64,000 bases of DNA from the human T2T-CHM13v2.0 reference genome, Homo sapiens. The stretch lies in NCBI RefSeq assembly GCF_009914755.1, contig NC_060932.1; one strand, written 5' to 3'. The translations under genes were made by a program, and so were the position numbers. Positions 28,816 to 43,074 of the stretch are shown here, piece by piece. Below the pieces are notes generated by a model. It had not been told where the DNA came from and searched no databases. It saw only the letters and a list, made by a program, of their open reading frames with translations. Each line of letters opens with the position of its first letter. Positions within the stretch are counted from its first letter, which is position 1.

Positions 28816-29971
28816 TTTAAAATTTAAAATCTCCATATTTCAAAAAGACATATCTGTTTAAAAATATTACACTAATTTATATGAGAAATTTTGTATGTGT
28901 GTGTTAAGGGAATAAACTGCTTGGTTAATATTTTCCTAAGTAAGTTACTTCAAACCATTGGTGGATTCTCACAAGCCAGTCATTGAATTACTGAAAGAAT
29001 ATGAAAACTTAACAAGTATTGAGTTTAATACACCTTATAAGAAACAAAGCTATTTTAGGAGAATTTAAATTTCATTTAGTGTGTAGATATAATCAGGTAA
29101 AACACTTTGAAAATATTGTATCAGTAAAAACTAATCTTGTCATTTTAAAGATGTCAGTGACAATACTTTTATTACTTTTTCCACAACCTCACTGAATGTT
29201 TGTCATTTAAAACTAATTTCTATTTGAACTTTTCATTTTATTCATTTTTATGGAATTCATCAAAAGAATTTTATTAAAACTAATCCATATCTACTTTGGC
29301 TCTGCAACTTTCTAGAATATTTAAATATGTATTTTATATCTGTAAAATGCATCCTTAGCCTCCTGTCCCTTTTTTTCTGTCTAATAATGATATTGATAAT
29401 GATGCAATATAAATAGATTAATTTGTGTAGCGTGGTTGAGACATGTCTAAATCACTCCTCCACACCACCTGGTTTGTTAATTCAGCTTGCTCCTTATATT
29501 TAGATTTTGTTTTATTAACTTTCCTAGAAGCCACAATCTGTAGATTTTTTTTCCAATTGAGAGTAAGACAGGAATATAAAGCTTCAGAAACGTTAGTTCC
29601 AGCTCAGTTATTGTGATTATTTATGGTCATGGTTTAATTTTCTTTAATTCTTTTGTTAAACATCCCTGCAGTTAACTTTTTACTGACCCTTAAGGAATCC
29701 TATTTCTTCCTTATTAAAAAATCTTTTAAAGACCAATTTACTCCAATTTTCTAATAAAAATGCTCACATACCTTAACAGAATACATTACCAGGATCCCAA
29801 TTTCCCATCTAGCTCTGGCTGCCACCATTTTTTCTATTATACTTGATTCTTCAGCAGAGCCATACCACATTTTCCCTGAAAATGCCTTGTTTCGTTGACT
29901 TTTCAGATAATTTTTCATGCTTTCTGGAATACTTTGACCCATTTTTGTTGTCTTGATATCCTCTTTATTCC

Positions 29972-30248
29972 TTTTTTTTTTTTTGAGACAGAGTCTCACT
30001 CTGTCACCCAGGCTGAAGTGCAGTGGCACAATCTCGGCTCATTGCAACCTCCACCTCCTGGGTTCAAGTGATTCTCCTGCCTAAGCCTCCCGAGTAGCTG
30101 GGATTACAAGCCTGCGCCACCATGCCCAGCTAATTTTTGTATTTGTAGTAGAGATGAGATTTCACCATGTTGACCAGGCTGGTCTTGAATACCTCACCTC
30201 AGCCTCCCAAATTGCTGGGATTACAGGCGTGAGCCACCACACCTGGCC
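29972..30248 (-). mobile_element. AluS (Sx/Sz-like) with a small internal deletion
   Basis: Alu dimer; TSD tcctctttattc on both sides. Confidence 0.93.
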
Positions 30249-30489
30249 CCCTCCTCTTTATTCTTTAAAGTTCAGATCAAATGACAAATGACACCTCTTG
30301 AAGAAAACCATTGCTAATTTCTTTAGACATAGTTGGTAACTCTCTGATCTGTTCCTACTTTACCTTGTGTAAACTTCTCTTCTAGAAGTTATGCCTACTA
30401 GACATGGAGCTTATTTATATAAGCTTATCCTATTTTATCCACTTTTAAGTCTTTGGGAATCAATATAGTATCTGATGTATCTTTATTAC

Positions 30490-30710
30490 TATAATAGTAA
30501 TATCTCTAATTCAATATGCTTACTATACCAGAAAATATACTATAACTCTTAGATGACTGATATAATTTAACATAGGAGCCCTTGAAGTGGGTATTATTAA
30601 AACCCGATTTACTGGTATAAAAAGAGTCAGAGAGGTGGTTTAATTGCCCATGATCACATTATAGTTAACAGCGTGGCCAAAATTCGAACCCAGATTATCT
30701 GGCTCTTGAG
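30490..30710 (-). mobile_element. MIR fragment
   Basis: 'cagagaggtggtttaattgcccatgatcaca...aattcgaacccag'. Confidence 0.65.
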
Positions 30711-31578
30711 AGAACCTCTTTTATTGCCCATCATGTCATAAGACATACTGAGCAACTGTGGGGTATTGACTTGCTAGAGACAAACTCTAGACCTAGTATA
30801 TAAAAAATTAGTTTAATGAATAGATGTCAGGAATAAAAACTGTAAGGTTAAATGAGAAAAAAAAGCAATAGGCTTTTTTGTTTACTTATAAATCAGTTAA
30901 CATGAATAATTATTTGGTATTATAAGAAATTATGTATGCTTTATGTTGCAATAGGGAATGAAGATATGCCTGCTTGTTTCTCAAAGCAAAGTAAATGCCA
31001 CTGTAGTTTAATAGAATTGATTTGCCATTTGCTCTGCAACTTAAGACTTGCTGGGCTTTGAATGCATTGTAGTGGCCATGCTCATTTCAAATGCTTACAC
31101 ACATACAGTCTCTACCAAATATGCAGCTCTATACCCACCATTTGATGTATCTAGACAGGAAATTTTACCCATGACTTTGCCATCATAAAAATTACTCCTT
31201 TTATCTGTTCAAGGAAAATTTGGAGATCAGAGATAGGTTATTTTCCAAAAATATTTTATTGTTCATTAATCTTAGTATCTTTTCTTCTTCGTCTTCTTGT
31301 GATATGCAGGAGAGTTGCAAATTGTAGCACCCAATTGTCACCATTTCCTGCAGCCTGAAATATAGTTTGTACTGTTACCTTCTTCTTTTTAATTAGTAGA
31401 AACAGAAGGAGTTTTCTAAAATGTTTCAACTGAGGAGTGAATAAGTGGCCAGGATGATTATGAAAGCCACCAGATTCTGCATATTTTATAAATCAGCCCT
31501 GAACCAAGAAACTGTTGGAATAGTTTTGTGGGTGATCATTGTCCTCTTTAAGACCTCATAATTATATCCATGAAATGG

Positions 31579-32822
<1,244 letters not shown>

Positions 32823-33383
32823 TATATATATATATACATAATCCATGAAATGGCTGGAAACTTGGCAAAAGGTAAGACATTGATAATCTAAAACAACCAG
32901 AAGCTTGTACTACTATAGTATTTCTGCTACAATGAGCAACTACTTTATTAGATATAAAAACTATATTTTGTTTAAGTAATAAGTGGTTGATATTTTTATA
33001 GGTAGAACCCAAAGAGGATCATTAAAACTTTATAGATTGTAAGGAGATATTGTACAAATATTAAGATTTATACTCATCTGTTAGCTGATGGATCGAAAAG
33101 AAACACAAATGGATATTTACCTGACTTGAGACTTAGATTATCTTTAAAACTGGAATGGTAATACATCTCTTTCAGAGTTTTCATAATGATTAAACAACCA
33201 AAAATACATAAAGTGCTTATTAGCACAGTACACTGTACATGAACACATTGTTGGAACCCTATACACATTAGTCTCATTTTCTCTTAATGAAACAATCAAC
33301 ATTAAAATAAAATATGTTAATGCAGATACTTTTTTCTTCAGCTTTGGAAATTAGCTAAGAGTCTTTAACTGTGATGTTAAAGA

Positions 33384-34594
33384 CTGGGGTACATGTGCAG
33401 AACGTGAAGTTTTGTTACATAGGTGTATACGTGCCATGGTGGTTTGCTGCACCCATCAACCCATCATCTACATTAGGTATTTCTCCTAATGCTATCCCTC
33501 CCCTAGCCCCCCACCCACCGACAGGCCCCTGTTTGTGATGTTCCCCCTCCCTGTGTCCACGTATTCTCATTGTTCAACTCCTACTTATGAGTGAGAACAT
33601 GTGGTGTTTGGTTTTCTGTTCCTGTGTTAGTTTACTAAGAATGATGGTTTCCAGCTTCATCCATGTCCCTGCAGAGGACATGAACTCATCCTTTTTTATG
33701 GCTGCATAGTATTCCATGGTGTATATGTGCCACATTTTCTTAATCCAGTCTATCATTGATGGACATTTGGGTTGTTTCCAAGTCTTTGCGATTGTGAATA
33801 GTGCCACAATAAACATACATGTGCATGTGTCTTTATAGTAGAATGATTTATAATCCTTTGGGTATATACCTAGTAATGGGATGGCTGGGTCAAATGGTAT
33901 TTCTAGTTTTAGATCCTTGAAGAATCGCCACACTCTCTTCCACAATGGTTGAACTAATTAACACTTCCACTAACCGTGTAAAAGCGTTCCTATTTCTCCA
34001 CATCCTCTCCAGCATCTGTTGTTTCCTGACTTTTTAATGATTGCCATTCTAGCTGGCGTGAGATGGTATCTCATTGTGGTTTTGATTTGTATTTCTCTAG
34101 TGACCAATGATGATGACCTTTTTTTTTCATATGTTTGTTGGCTGCATAAATGTCTTCTCTTCAGAAGTGTCTGTTCATATGTTCATATTCTTTGCCCACT
34201 TTTTGATGGGGTTGTTGTTTATTTTTCTTGTAAATTTGTTTAAGTTTTTTTATAGATTCTGGATATTAGCCCCTTGTCAGATGGAGAGATTGCAAAAATT
34301 TTCTCCCATTCTGTAGGTTGTCTGCTCACTCTGATGATAGTTTATTTTGCTGTGCAGAAGCTCTTGAGTTTAATTAGATCCCATTTGTGAATTTTGGCTT
34401 TTGTTGTCATTGCTTTTGGCGTTTTAGACATGAAGTCTTTGCCCATGACTATGTCCTGAATTGTATTGCCTAGGTTTTCTTCTAGGATTTTTATCATTTA
34501 AGGTCTTACATTTAAGTCTTTAATCCATCTTGAGTTAAATTTCGTATAAGGTGTAAGGAAGTGGTCCAGTTACAGTTTTCTGCACATGGCTAGT
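33384..34594 (-). mobile_element. L1PA7-like fragment lacking a poly-A tail
   Basis: ORF 33574-33945 matches the ORF2p C-terminus (EIPFDPAIPLLGIYP...WHIYTMEYYAAIK); 3' UTR stops at ctggggtacatg. Confidence 0.93.
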
Positions 34595-34752
34595 CTTAAC
34601 AAAAAAATCCTTTTGTAAGCCAGGACTCTAAAATCTTGGACTAAGTGTGGAACACTAGTAAACACTGGAAACTAAAAATAAAATGCTGAAGTATGTGGTC
34701 CCTTAACATACTTTAAAACATTTTTGTTTCTGCTAGTTATGAAAAATATATC

Positions 34753-34858
34753 TTTATTATTATTATTTTATTTTTATTAAGTTTTATTTTAGGTTTGGGG
34801 GTACATGTGAAGGTTTGTTACAAAACTAATCATGTATCATGGCGGTTTGTTGTACATA
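34753..34858 (-). mobile_element. Very short L1P 3' end
   Basis: T-rich tail then 'gggggtacatgtgaaggtttgttac'. Confidence 0.75.
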
Positions 34859-34984
34859 GTGACCAGGAGAAAAGAGCGAAACAGAAGTATTTCAACTATA
34901 TTATACCAAAAGGAACTCTTATAATATTTTATGAAACACAACTATTGCTTAAGACACAATTGGCATTGAACAATTATTATTCTG

Positions 34985-36052
34985 TTATTCACATCAGAGT
35001 AAAATATGACATGAACTTTTAAGATAACAAACAGCCTATTTCTTGCCAGGAGTTAGGAATAGGAAGGCTGAGGAGGCAGTATAGCTATCAAGGTGTAGTG
35101 TGATGATTAATTATATCTGTTCATTTGATTGGGCTAAAGGATTCCCAGATAGCTGGTAAAACATTACTTCTGGATGTATCTGTGAGAGTTTCTTCAGAAG
35201 AAATTAGCTTTTGAAGCAATGTACTGAGTAAAGAGGATCTGCCCTCATTCATGTGCATGAGCATCATCCAATCCTTTGAGGGCCCACATAGAACACAAAG
35301 GTGGAGTCAAGGACAATTCCCCCTGTCTTCCTAAGCTGAGACATCCATATTTTCCTGACCGGTTTCTTGGGACTTCAGTCTGTGGAACTTATATCAGTGG
35401 CCGCCCCGGTTCCTTGGGCTTTTGGACTCTGAATTGCACCGCTGGCTTTCCTGGTTCTTCAGCCTGCAAATGATGTATCGTGGGATGTCTTGACCTCCAG
35501 TACTGCATGAGCCAATTCCTGTAATAAATCCCCTCATAATATGTATGTCTATATTCTATTGGTTCTCTTTCTATGGAGAATACACAAATACAGGCAGCAT
35601 GAGTGAGCCTTGTAGTGATGGTACAAATGAGTATCTTGATTTTGGTAACCGTTGCAGGAAGCTGCACATCTGACAAATTGCATCCAGCTACACACAGACA
35701 CACACACATATGAATACATCTATGATGGAAAGAATCTAAGAATCCATAAGATCTATAGATTGTACTAATGTCAATATCCTGTTGTTAATACTGTACTATA
35801 ATTATTCAAGATATTAACATAGAAGGAGGCTGAGTAAAGGATGCCTGGAACTTACTTGTAATTTCTTTTTTTAGCAGCAAATGTATTGAAGAAAACTTTC
35901 AAAAAGATGCAAGCTTTGCTTTAACATAGTGCAGATTGAGGCTATTGTGAAATCAATGGTAAAAACCTTGAAATTAGGATGCAAATAGATGAGGACCCAC
36001 ATTTCTTTCCAACTTTTGTAGATCTATGATTATTTCAAAATAAAAACTTACA
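34985..36052 (+). mobile_element. Old L1MC-like 3' end interrupted by an MLT2 LTR and a ~130-bp insert
   Basis: 'gattgtactaatgtcaatatcctg...ctataattattcaagatattaac', ends 'attatttcaaaataaaaa'. Confidence 0.65.
35099..35592 (+). mobile_element. MLT2-type (ERVL) solo LTR
   Basis: Starts tgtgatgattaatt, contains 'ttgattgggctaaggga', ends 'ctattggttct...aataca'. Confidence 0.85.
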
Positions 36053-36074
36053 AAATAGGGTAGTATCTATAATG

Positions 36075-36240
36075 TGCAGGGACTCACTTTTCCAGGCACA
36101 CAATAAGCACTATATATGTATTATCACTTTTAATCTTTGCAATATCAATTTGAGGTACACTATTACTCTTTCCTTTTTACAGATACGAAAAGTGCAATGT
36201 TGAGCAGCTGACTTGCCAAGAACCATATAGTCGAGTAGAA
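36075..36240 (-). mobile_element. MIR fragment
   Basis: 'ttttacagatacgaaa...gacttgccaag'. Confidence 0.55.
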
Positions 36241-37099
36241 GAACCAAAATAAGCATTTCAATTGTATTTCATATTTTCAAGTAAATGAATATTTGTAGCT
36301 AAATATAGAATCCCAGAATATATGCCAACCCTTCTTTCTCATAAATCAGGCATCCTGTCACCTAGATGGTCAGTTTTGTCTATGATCTATTAGGTATGTA
36401 GCAGTATCAATTAATGTTGCCGTGGTCAATATAATGCTAAGCCTTCATCGGCATTATTTAATAAAGTTGATGCCTGAAAGGTTATGTGTTGAGATTAATA
36501 ATGGGTTAGAGCTTTATCCATAAAGACATTAAATGTAATTGACTATCAGAAAGTATTGTGAGGTTTTCTTTCCAATTAATTGTTGTCTGATTCTGTTCTT
36601 AATACATATTAATAAAATATTCTGTTAACATATATCATAGCTATTAGGGTCTGTTAGGCTCATTATATGCAAAACTTTGAAAATAAATATTGAATGTAGA
36701 AGGAAGTTAATTCCCTAGTATGGAGATGGGCGAGCTACATAAATGAGTGATTTAAATTTAGGCAGTTTTAAATGAGATAATTACTTATGGTTTACATAGG
36801 AAAATAATTTATTTTGGGATATCTACCTGAAAACTGGGTCAAAATATTCTTATGAAAATAAAATAGACTTACAAAAAAGGAAAAAAAAAGCTTTACTTTA
36901 TACACAGTCTTAATATAGTCTAAAAAATAATTTAGTTGTGTGAGATTTTCAATAGTGTCATTTACTTCTCAGAACTTACTGTGTGGAGTGGTATGTGTGG
37001 AGTGATGAGTATGATCAATAACTAAGACTCAACATAAATCTATATATAACTTTAACAAAAATATGTTACTTTTTAACATACTAAAGTGTAGCTTGGTGA

Positions 37100-37440
<341 letters not shown>

Positions 37441-37699
37441 GAGTGTCACTCTTAATTGTGGTCACTCTCGTATACCAAGAGTTAAAATTAACTTGCTAAA
37501 ATAGTTACCATTTTTGATCCTTGCCATATACCACAGACTATATTAAGTACTTTCAAGGCATGATCTTGTTTAATCCTCATATTCATCCTAAGAAGTAGCT
37601 ATGATTATCTTCATTTTAGATATGGAGAAATTGAAAGGGAAAATATGAAAATTGTTCATTGTTACTTTAATAATCAAAATACTGGTTTATCTTCTGTAA

Positions 37700-38030
37700 C
37701 AACTAGCGTAATAAAAGTTCAAAGCTGATAATATGGTAGCCACCATAGTACCTGGATTGTCTGCTTCCTCTCTCTTCTCTACACATCCATCTTGTCATAT
37801 AAGATGGCAGCTTCAGCACCTGGCATTGTATCTGAAGTCTATCAGTGGAAAGAGCAGAAAAAATAAATGCTGAGTGTCTCTTTTCCTTTAAGGATTTGAC
37901 CAGGCAGTTGCTTACATTAGATTCAGTCACACTCCATTGTCCAAAGCACAGAAACCAGGCCATACCTAATTGCAAGGAAGGCTGAAAACATACTGATTTG
38001 CTGGGTGGCTATGTTCTTAGCCAAAACTAT
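37700..38030 (-). mobile_element. Old MLT1-type LTR fragment
   Basis: 'aagatggcagcttcagcacctggcat', 'cctaattgcaaggaaggctg'. Confidence 0.5.
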
Positions 38031-39039
38031 TACTGAAGAGGTGAAAAATAAATATCAAATAATCTCTTCTAAAGCAGAGTACTGTGACTAGTTAAGTGCC
38101 TATGGACACTTTTCCCTACACACAGAATCTACTTGCCCCTTCTCCAAGGAACAATCCTAAAGACCATAGTTATTGTGTCCAGTTCAAAATAGAAATGAAG
38201 TGTCATTCTTTCCATTATGTCAGGATATGACTACTCATGATATGACCCACTATAAAATACAAGATAAGCTATCTACTGACCCCTACCCATAACCAACATA
38301 TGCCCATTTTAAAATAACAGTGTAAGAATAAAACAGATGCCATAAAACTGCTGTTGAGTAATGTAAAGACTAAAAATAGACATTAATCACTGGTCCGTAG
38401 TAATCAATAAATCCCCCTGAACAAAAATTATGAAATCTATCTGCTCTTTCTGTACCAGAAATGGAATAACAGCTCTGGTTGCCAGATATGGTGACCCCTC
38501 TGTCTGTATTTCAGGGGTAGAAGTGTGGGTTCCCGTTGTATATTGTCTATTGTCCTTCTTGGCCTTGTTTTGAACTCAGAAATTGTTGTTTGTCCCTTAT
38601 TAATGTCCACTGGATAGACTGGACTTCTTGGGGGCAGTAAAACTTTTAGTTTTCTTGCTGTTGGTACAGTTTTAGGACTTAGATTATTTTGGGAGCAGTC
38701 ACAGGCTTCTGGTTCTTTTAGAAATATAACGTTTAAAAAGTTGAGAGACTTCTCATATATACATTTATAGAGAGTTTCATAAGTTCAAGTTTTCTTATTC
38801 ATATAATAGCATTTTCCTTAGAGCTGCTTCAAAATCCTTCTGATTTTCTACAAAAACAATGTGGGTGTAGAAAAGCTAACATAATACTTTAGAAATAGGT
38901 GTGGTTCTTTCTTGACTTTGAAATGCTAATGAATTTCTAATAGTGTTGGTTTCATTTCTTCTATTCTTTTTTCCCAGTTTGTAATCTGTTTTTCACCTGA
39001 ACCTAACCACTTTGATTTCCCCAAAGTATTCTTCTTAAG

Positions 39040-39160
39040 TTATTTCGCAAATATTTGAGTTGCCTACTCCATGGATGGCATGGTGTTAAGCACTAAAGAT
39101 GTGATAATGAACAGTGTGATCCCTACTTCCATGGCAGTTACTGTCTGGCTGGGGAGAAAC
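39040..39160 (-). mobile_element. L2 3' end
   Basis: 'caaatatttgagttgcctact...ggtgttaagcact'. Confidence 0.6.
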
Positions 39161-40411
39161 ACAACAAACAAAACACGACTCTGACTTTTATTGAAATATT
39201 ATTCCAATAAACATTACATAGAAAAGTGTAGTGTACATATTTACTAATGACTTTTAATATAGTGTTATACAATTTTGATATATTTTTTCCTGTGAAAAAT
39301 GCTATTCTCTACCTTTGATCTTTTATATAATCCCTTGATTTTATCACTTGTTTATTCATAACATTCATGTGTCTGTAAGTTTAGTTTGATAATTTAATAT
39401 TCTCATATTTCCTCTAGAAAATAATGCCCAATGTTAGATTTTTTAAAGTTCATGGTTATATAATCAATATATACTCTTTGATTATTGAAAACAGACTGTA
39501 ATAATATAACTTTAAATGAAATTTAAATTAAGTTTAATATGCCTTCCATTAAACTCTTACTTGCATGCTCAAAGACTACAATTAGTAATACCAGTAAGGA
39601 TACTTTTTTCTCCTTTTCTCTTTGGAGATATTCACTAGACTTTATGTTTTCAGCTGGTATCTCCTTAAGAATTAGGATTAGTGTCAAAGCCTATTGTGAA
39701 CAACATTAATGCCTGTACTTTAGCGGTGACAACAATATGTTTTTGTTATGTGCTGTATATTCACTTGGTGCTTTTACATCTTCAGTGCACTTTTCCTTCA
39801 CTGCCACATGCAGTTTCTATGATTACAAGCTCATTCCATTTCTATTTTTGCCTTTAAGAGGCCATGCTGCTACATATGGGAACGAAAAACAACGACAAGC
39901 AATTTAGCCCTAATGCTCCTTCTCTGGATTTCATTTTGAATCTAACAATCTTTAGTACACAATTTCATATTAATGAATCCATTAATTTGTATTAAATATA
40001 TCCCACTTGTAGAGAAAACTCACAGAATTTTTTTTTCTTTTCTATTTCAGTTTTAGTGTGAAAACTGCTTCTGAGGCAGGGCCTATTTAGGCTTTGACAA
40101 AGTTTACAGTGTCTTGAATGAGACTTTTGCCAGAAAAACCACTTTTCTACAAGCACTGTGTGACTTCTACTTTTATTTCTTCTGTGAATATATTGTTCCT
40201 TATTTAAAGGATAAATATTTTTAAAAGTATGTTTTTCTCTATTATATTCCTTCTCACCCCAAACATTCTGTTACCAAATAATTTAAAACTACTGTCTGAT
40301 GGATGAGATTCTAGTTTCTAGGGATTAAAACAGATACGAATACTATAGATTCTGTGTTAGCAAGGCCTAAAATTCAAAAAATAACAAAAGTGACCCAAAT
40401 CAGTATGGTAG

Positions 40412-41784
40412 TATGTCCCGAATTGGTGGGTTCTTGGTCTCGCTGACTTCAAGAATGAAGCCGCGGATCCTCGCAGTGAGTGTTACAGCTCTTAAGGTGG
40501 TACGTCTGGAGTTTGTTCCTTCTGATGTTCGGATGTGTTCTGAGTTTCTTCTTTCTGGTGGGTTTGTGGTCTCGCTGGCTCAGGAGTGAAGCTGTGGATT
40601 TTCGTGGTGAGTGTTACAGCTCTTAAGGCGCCACGTCTGGAATTGTTTGTTCCTCCCGGTGGGTTCGTGGTCTCGCTGGCTTCAGGAGTGAAGCTGCAGA
40701 CCTTCACGGTGAGTGTTACAGCTCATAAAGGCAGTGTGGACCCACACGGTGAGCAGCAGCAGAATTTATTGCAAAGAGGGAAAGAACAAAGCTTCCACGG
40801 TGCATAAGGGGACCAGACGGGATTGCCACTGCTGGCTGGGCAGTCTGCTTTTATTCTCTTATCTGGCACCACCCACATCCTGCTGATTGGTAGAGCTGAG
40901 TGGTCTATTTTGACAGGGTGCTGATTGGTGTGTTTATAATCCCTGAGCTAGACACAAAGGTTCCCCACGTCCCTACCAGATTAGCTAGATACAGAGTATC
41001 GATTGGTGTATTCACAAACCCTGAGCTAGACACAGGGTGCTGATTGGTGTGAATACAAACCTTGAGCTAGATACAGAGTGCTGATTGGTGTATTTACAAT
41101 CCCTTGGCTAGACATGAAGGTTCACCACGTCCCCACCAGACTCAGGAGCCCCGCTGGCTTCACCCAGTGGATCCCGCACCGGGCCGCAGGTGGAGCTGCC
41201 TGCCAGTCCCGCGCCATGCGCCCGCACTCCTCAGCCCTTGGGTGGTCGATGGGAGTGGGCGCTATGGAGCAGGGGGCGGTGCTCGTCCGGGAGGCTGGGG
41301 CCGCACAGGAGCCCACGGAGCGGGGGAGGCTCAGGCATGGCGGGCTGCAGGTCCCCAGCCCTGCCCTGCGGGGAGGCAGCTAAGGCCCGAGAAATCGAGC
41401 GCAGCGACGGTGAGCCGGCACTGCTGGGGCACCCAGTACACCCTCCGCAGCCGCTGGCCCAGGTGCTAAGCCCCTCATTGCCCGAGGCCGGCAGGGCCTG
41501 CCGGCTGCTCCGAGTGCGGGGCCCGCCAAGCCTACGCCCACCCGGAACTCCAGCTGGCCCACAAGCGCCGCGCGCAGCCCGGGTTCCCGCTCGCGCCTCT
41601 CCCTACACACTTCCCCGCAAGCTGAAGGAGCCGGCTCCGGCCTTGGCCAGCCCAGAAAGGGGCTTCCACAGTGCAGCGGCGGGCTGAAGGGCTCCTTAAG
41701 TGCCGCCAAAGTGGGAGCCCAGGCAGAGGAGGCGCCGAGAGCGAGCATGGGCTGTGAGGACTGCCAGCACGCCGTCACCTCTCG
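40412..41784 (-). mobile_element. LTR12C-type (ERV9) solo LTR
   Basis: Termini match LTR12 (minus strand starts cgagaggtgacggcgtgctggcagtcc; ends gaacccaccaattcgggacata); 4-bp TSD gtag; CpG-rich U3; repeated U5 units. Confidence 0.96.
40845..41095 (-). promoter_or_regulatory. LTR12 promoter/enhancer: CCAAT (NF-Y) box array and AATAAAA TATA-like box
   Basis: gattgg (minus-strand CCAATC) near 40885, 40923, 41001, 41042 and 41083; ttttatt at 40849-40855. Confidence 0.75.
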
Positions 41785-42104
41785 GTAGGATCCCATTTAA
41801 CAAGACACAATCAATGAGGGTTGAGGTCATTATGGCATTATGGAGAGTTTATGAGAGGCAGGGGGATGGAAATACATTTTATAAGTACACAAAAGCTTCT
41901 GGTGGCTAGATGTGGCAGATTCATAGGGTGCCTTTAATACTTAAAATCTCACCTGGCCACTTGCAAAGTTGATGGCCATGGCAGGATAGATTGCTGCCAA
42001 TAAACTTTAATTTTAGTTAAGGAAGAGTCACTGGGAAGTTGCTTTACCAAACCAGCTGCCTTCTATTCCATTTAATCTTAGTGATTTATCCTTTGTCTTA
42101 ACTA

Positions 42105-42105
<1 letters not shown>

Positions 42106-42157
<52 letters not shown>
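42106..42157. repeat. (CA)n(TA)n microsatellite
   Basis: Directly visible. Confidence 0.95.
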
Positions 42158-42158
<1 letters not shown>

Positions 42159-43074
42159 TTGACATTGGCTCAATGTTAGTCAATTCAAAAATATTCATTT
42201 ATACTTAGTACCTGCTCTGTCCTGAGCATTCTTCTATGTACATACAATTGTATGTTTAAAAATTTGAGTTTGGCAGCAGCAGGCTGTTCAGCTAAGGAGT
42301 TTCACTGTACTGTGAAGAAGCACAGGCTGTGAAGAACCTAGTGAACCTTACTGTGAAGAACCTAGACCAACAAGCAGAGACCATTTCTGGCTCATTCTTA
42401 TAAGAAATGCTTCTTCCAAGAAAGCTTATTATAGCACAAGAAATGATAATATGAACTGTTTCATTGAGATTCTCCTACATATGTGGTCACCCAATCTTCT
42501 GGGTCCAAAATAATTTATAAAATTTACACATTTTTCTATTTCTTTCTAAGAAATCTTTTTGGGAACTGTACCATATTGAACTCATCAGTTTTTCCTAATT
42601 CATTTTTGCTTTACTACTAGTAATGGGACTGAACAAATGTAGAAATGATTATTATCAATCATCTGCTTAGTATTGATCATCCTTCTAAACATCCTTCCCC
42701 CAAATCTTTACTTCTAGAATATTTCTTATCTATCCTAAATTCAGTTTATTAAATATCAATAACATTCCTTTACCCAGAAATTTATCTCCATCTATTACAA
42801 AGTTAAATATACATGCTAGATTTTCTTATGTTTCTTCATTTCTGTCAATCCAGTAAAATGTTTTTCTTTAAAGCCAAAAAAGTTGGAGTTTAGAAACGAT
42901 TAACAAGGGTAAGATACTCTAATTGTAGTTTTTTTTCTAACGTAGAATGCCCCTGCTTGAATTTTCAGAATATACCATAGTTTATTGTTTTTATAAACTG
43001 TAATGTGTGTTCCACTGGTCATCTTCAAGAAGCCTTTAGGTGATACATAGAAAAGATTTAAAAAACAATTATAG

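Noticed and set aside
40476-40730. Three spaced repeats of gtgagtgttacagctc, superficially array-like
   Set aside because: Known LTR12 U5 repeat units with homologous spacers; not CRISPR
41078-41909. Overlapping P/A/R/G-rich ORFs
   Set aside because: GC-rich LTR12 U3 has few stop codons; no sign of coding function
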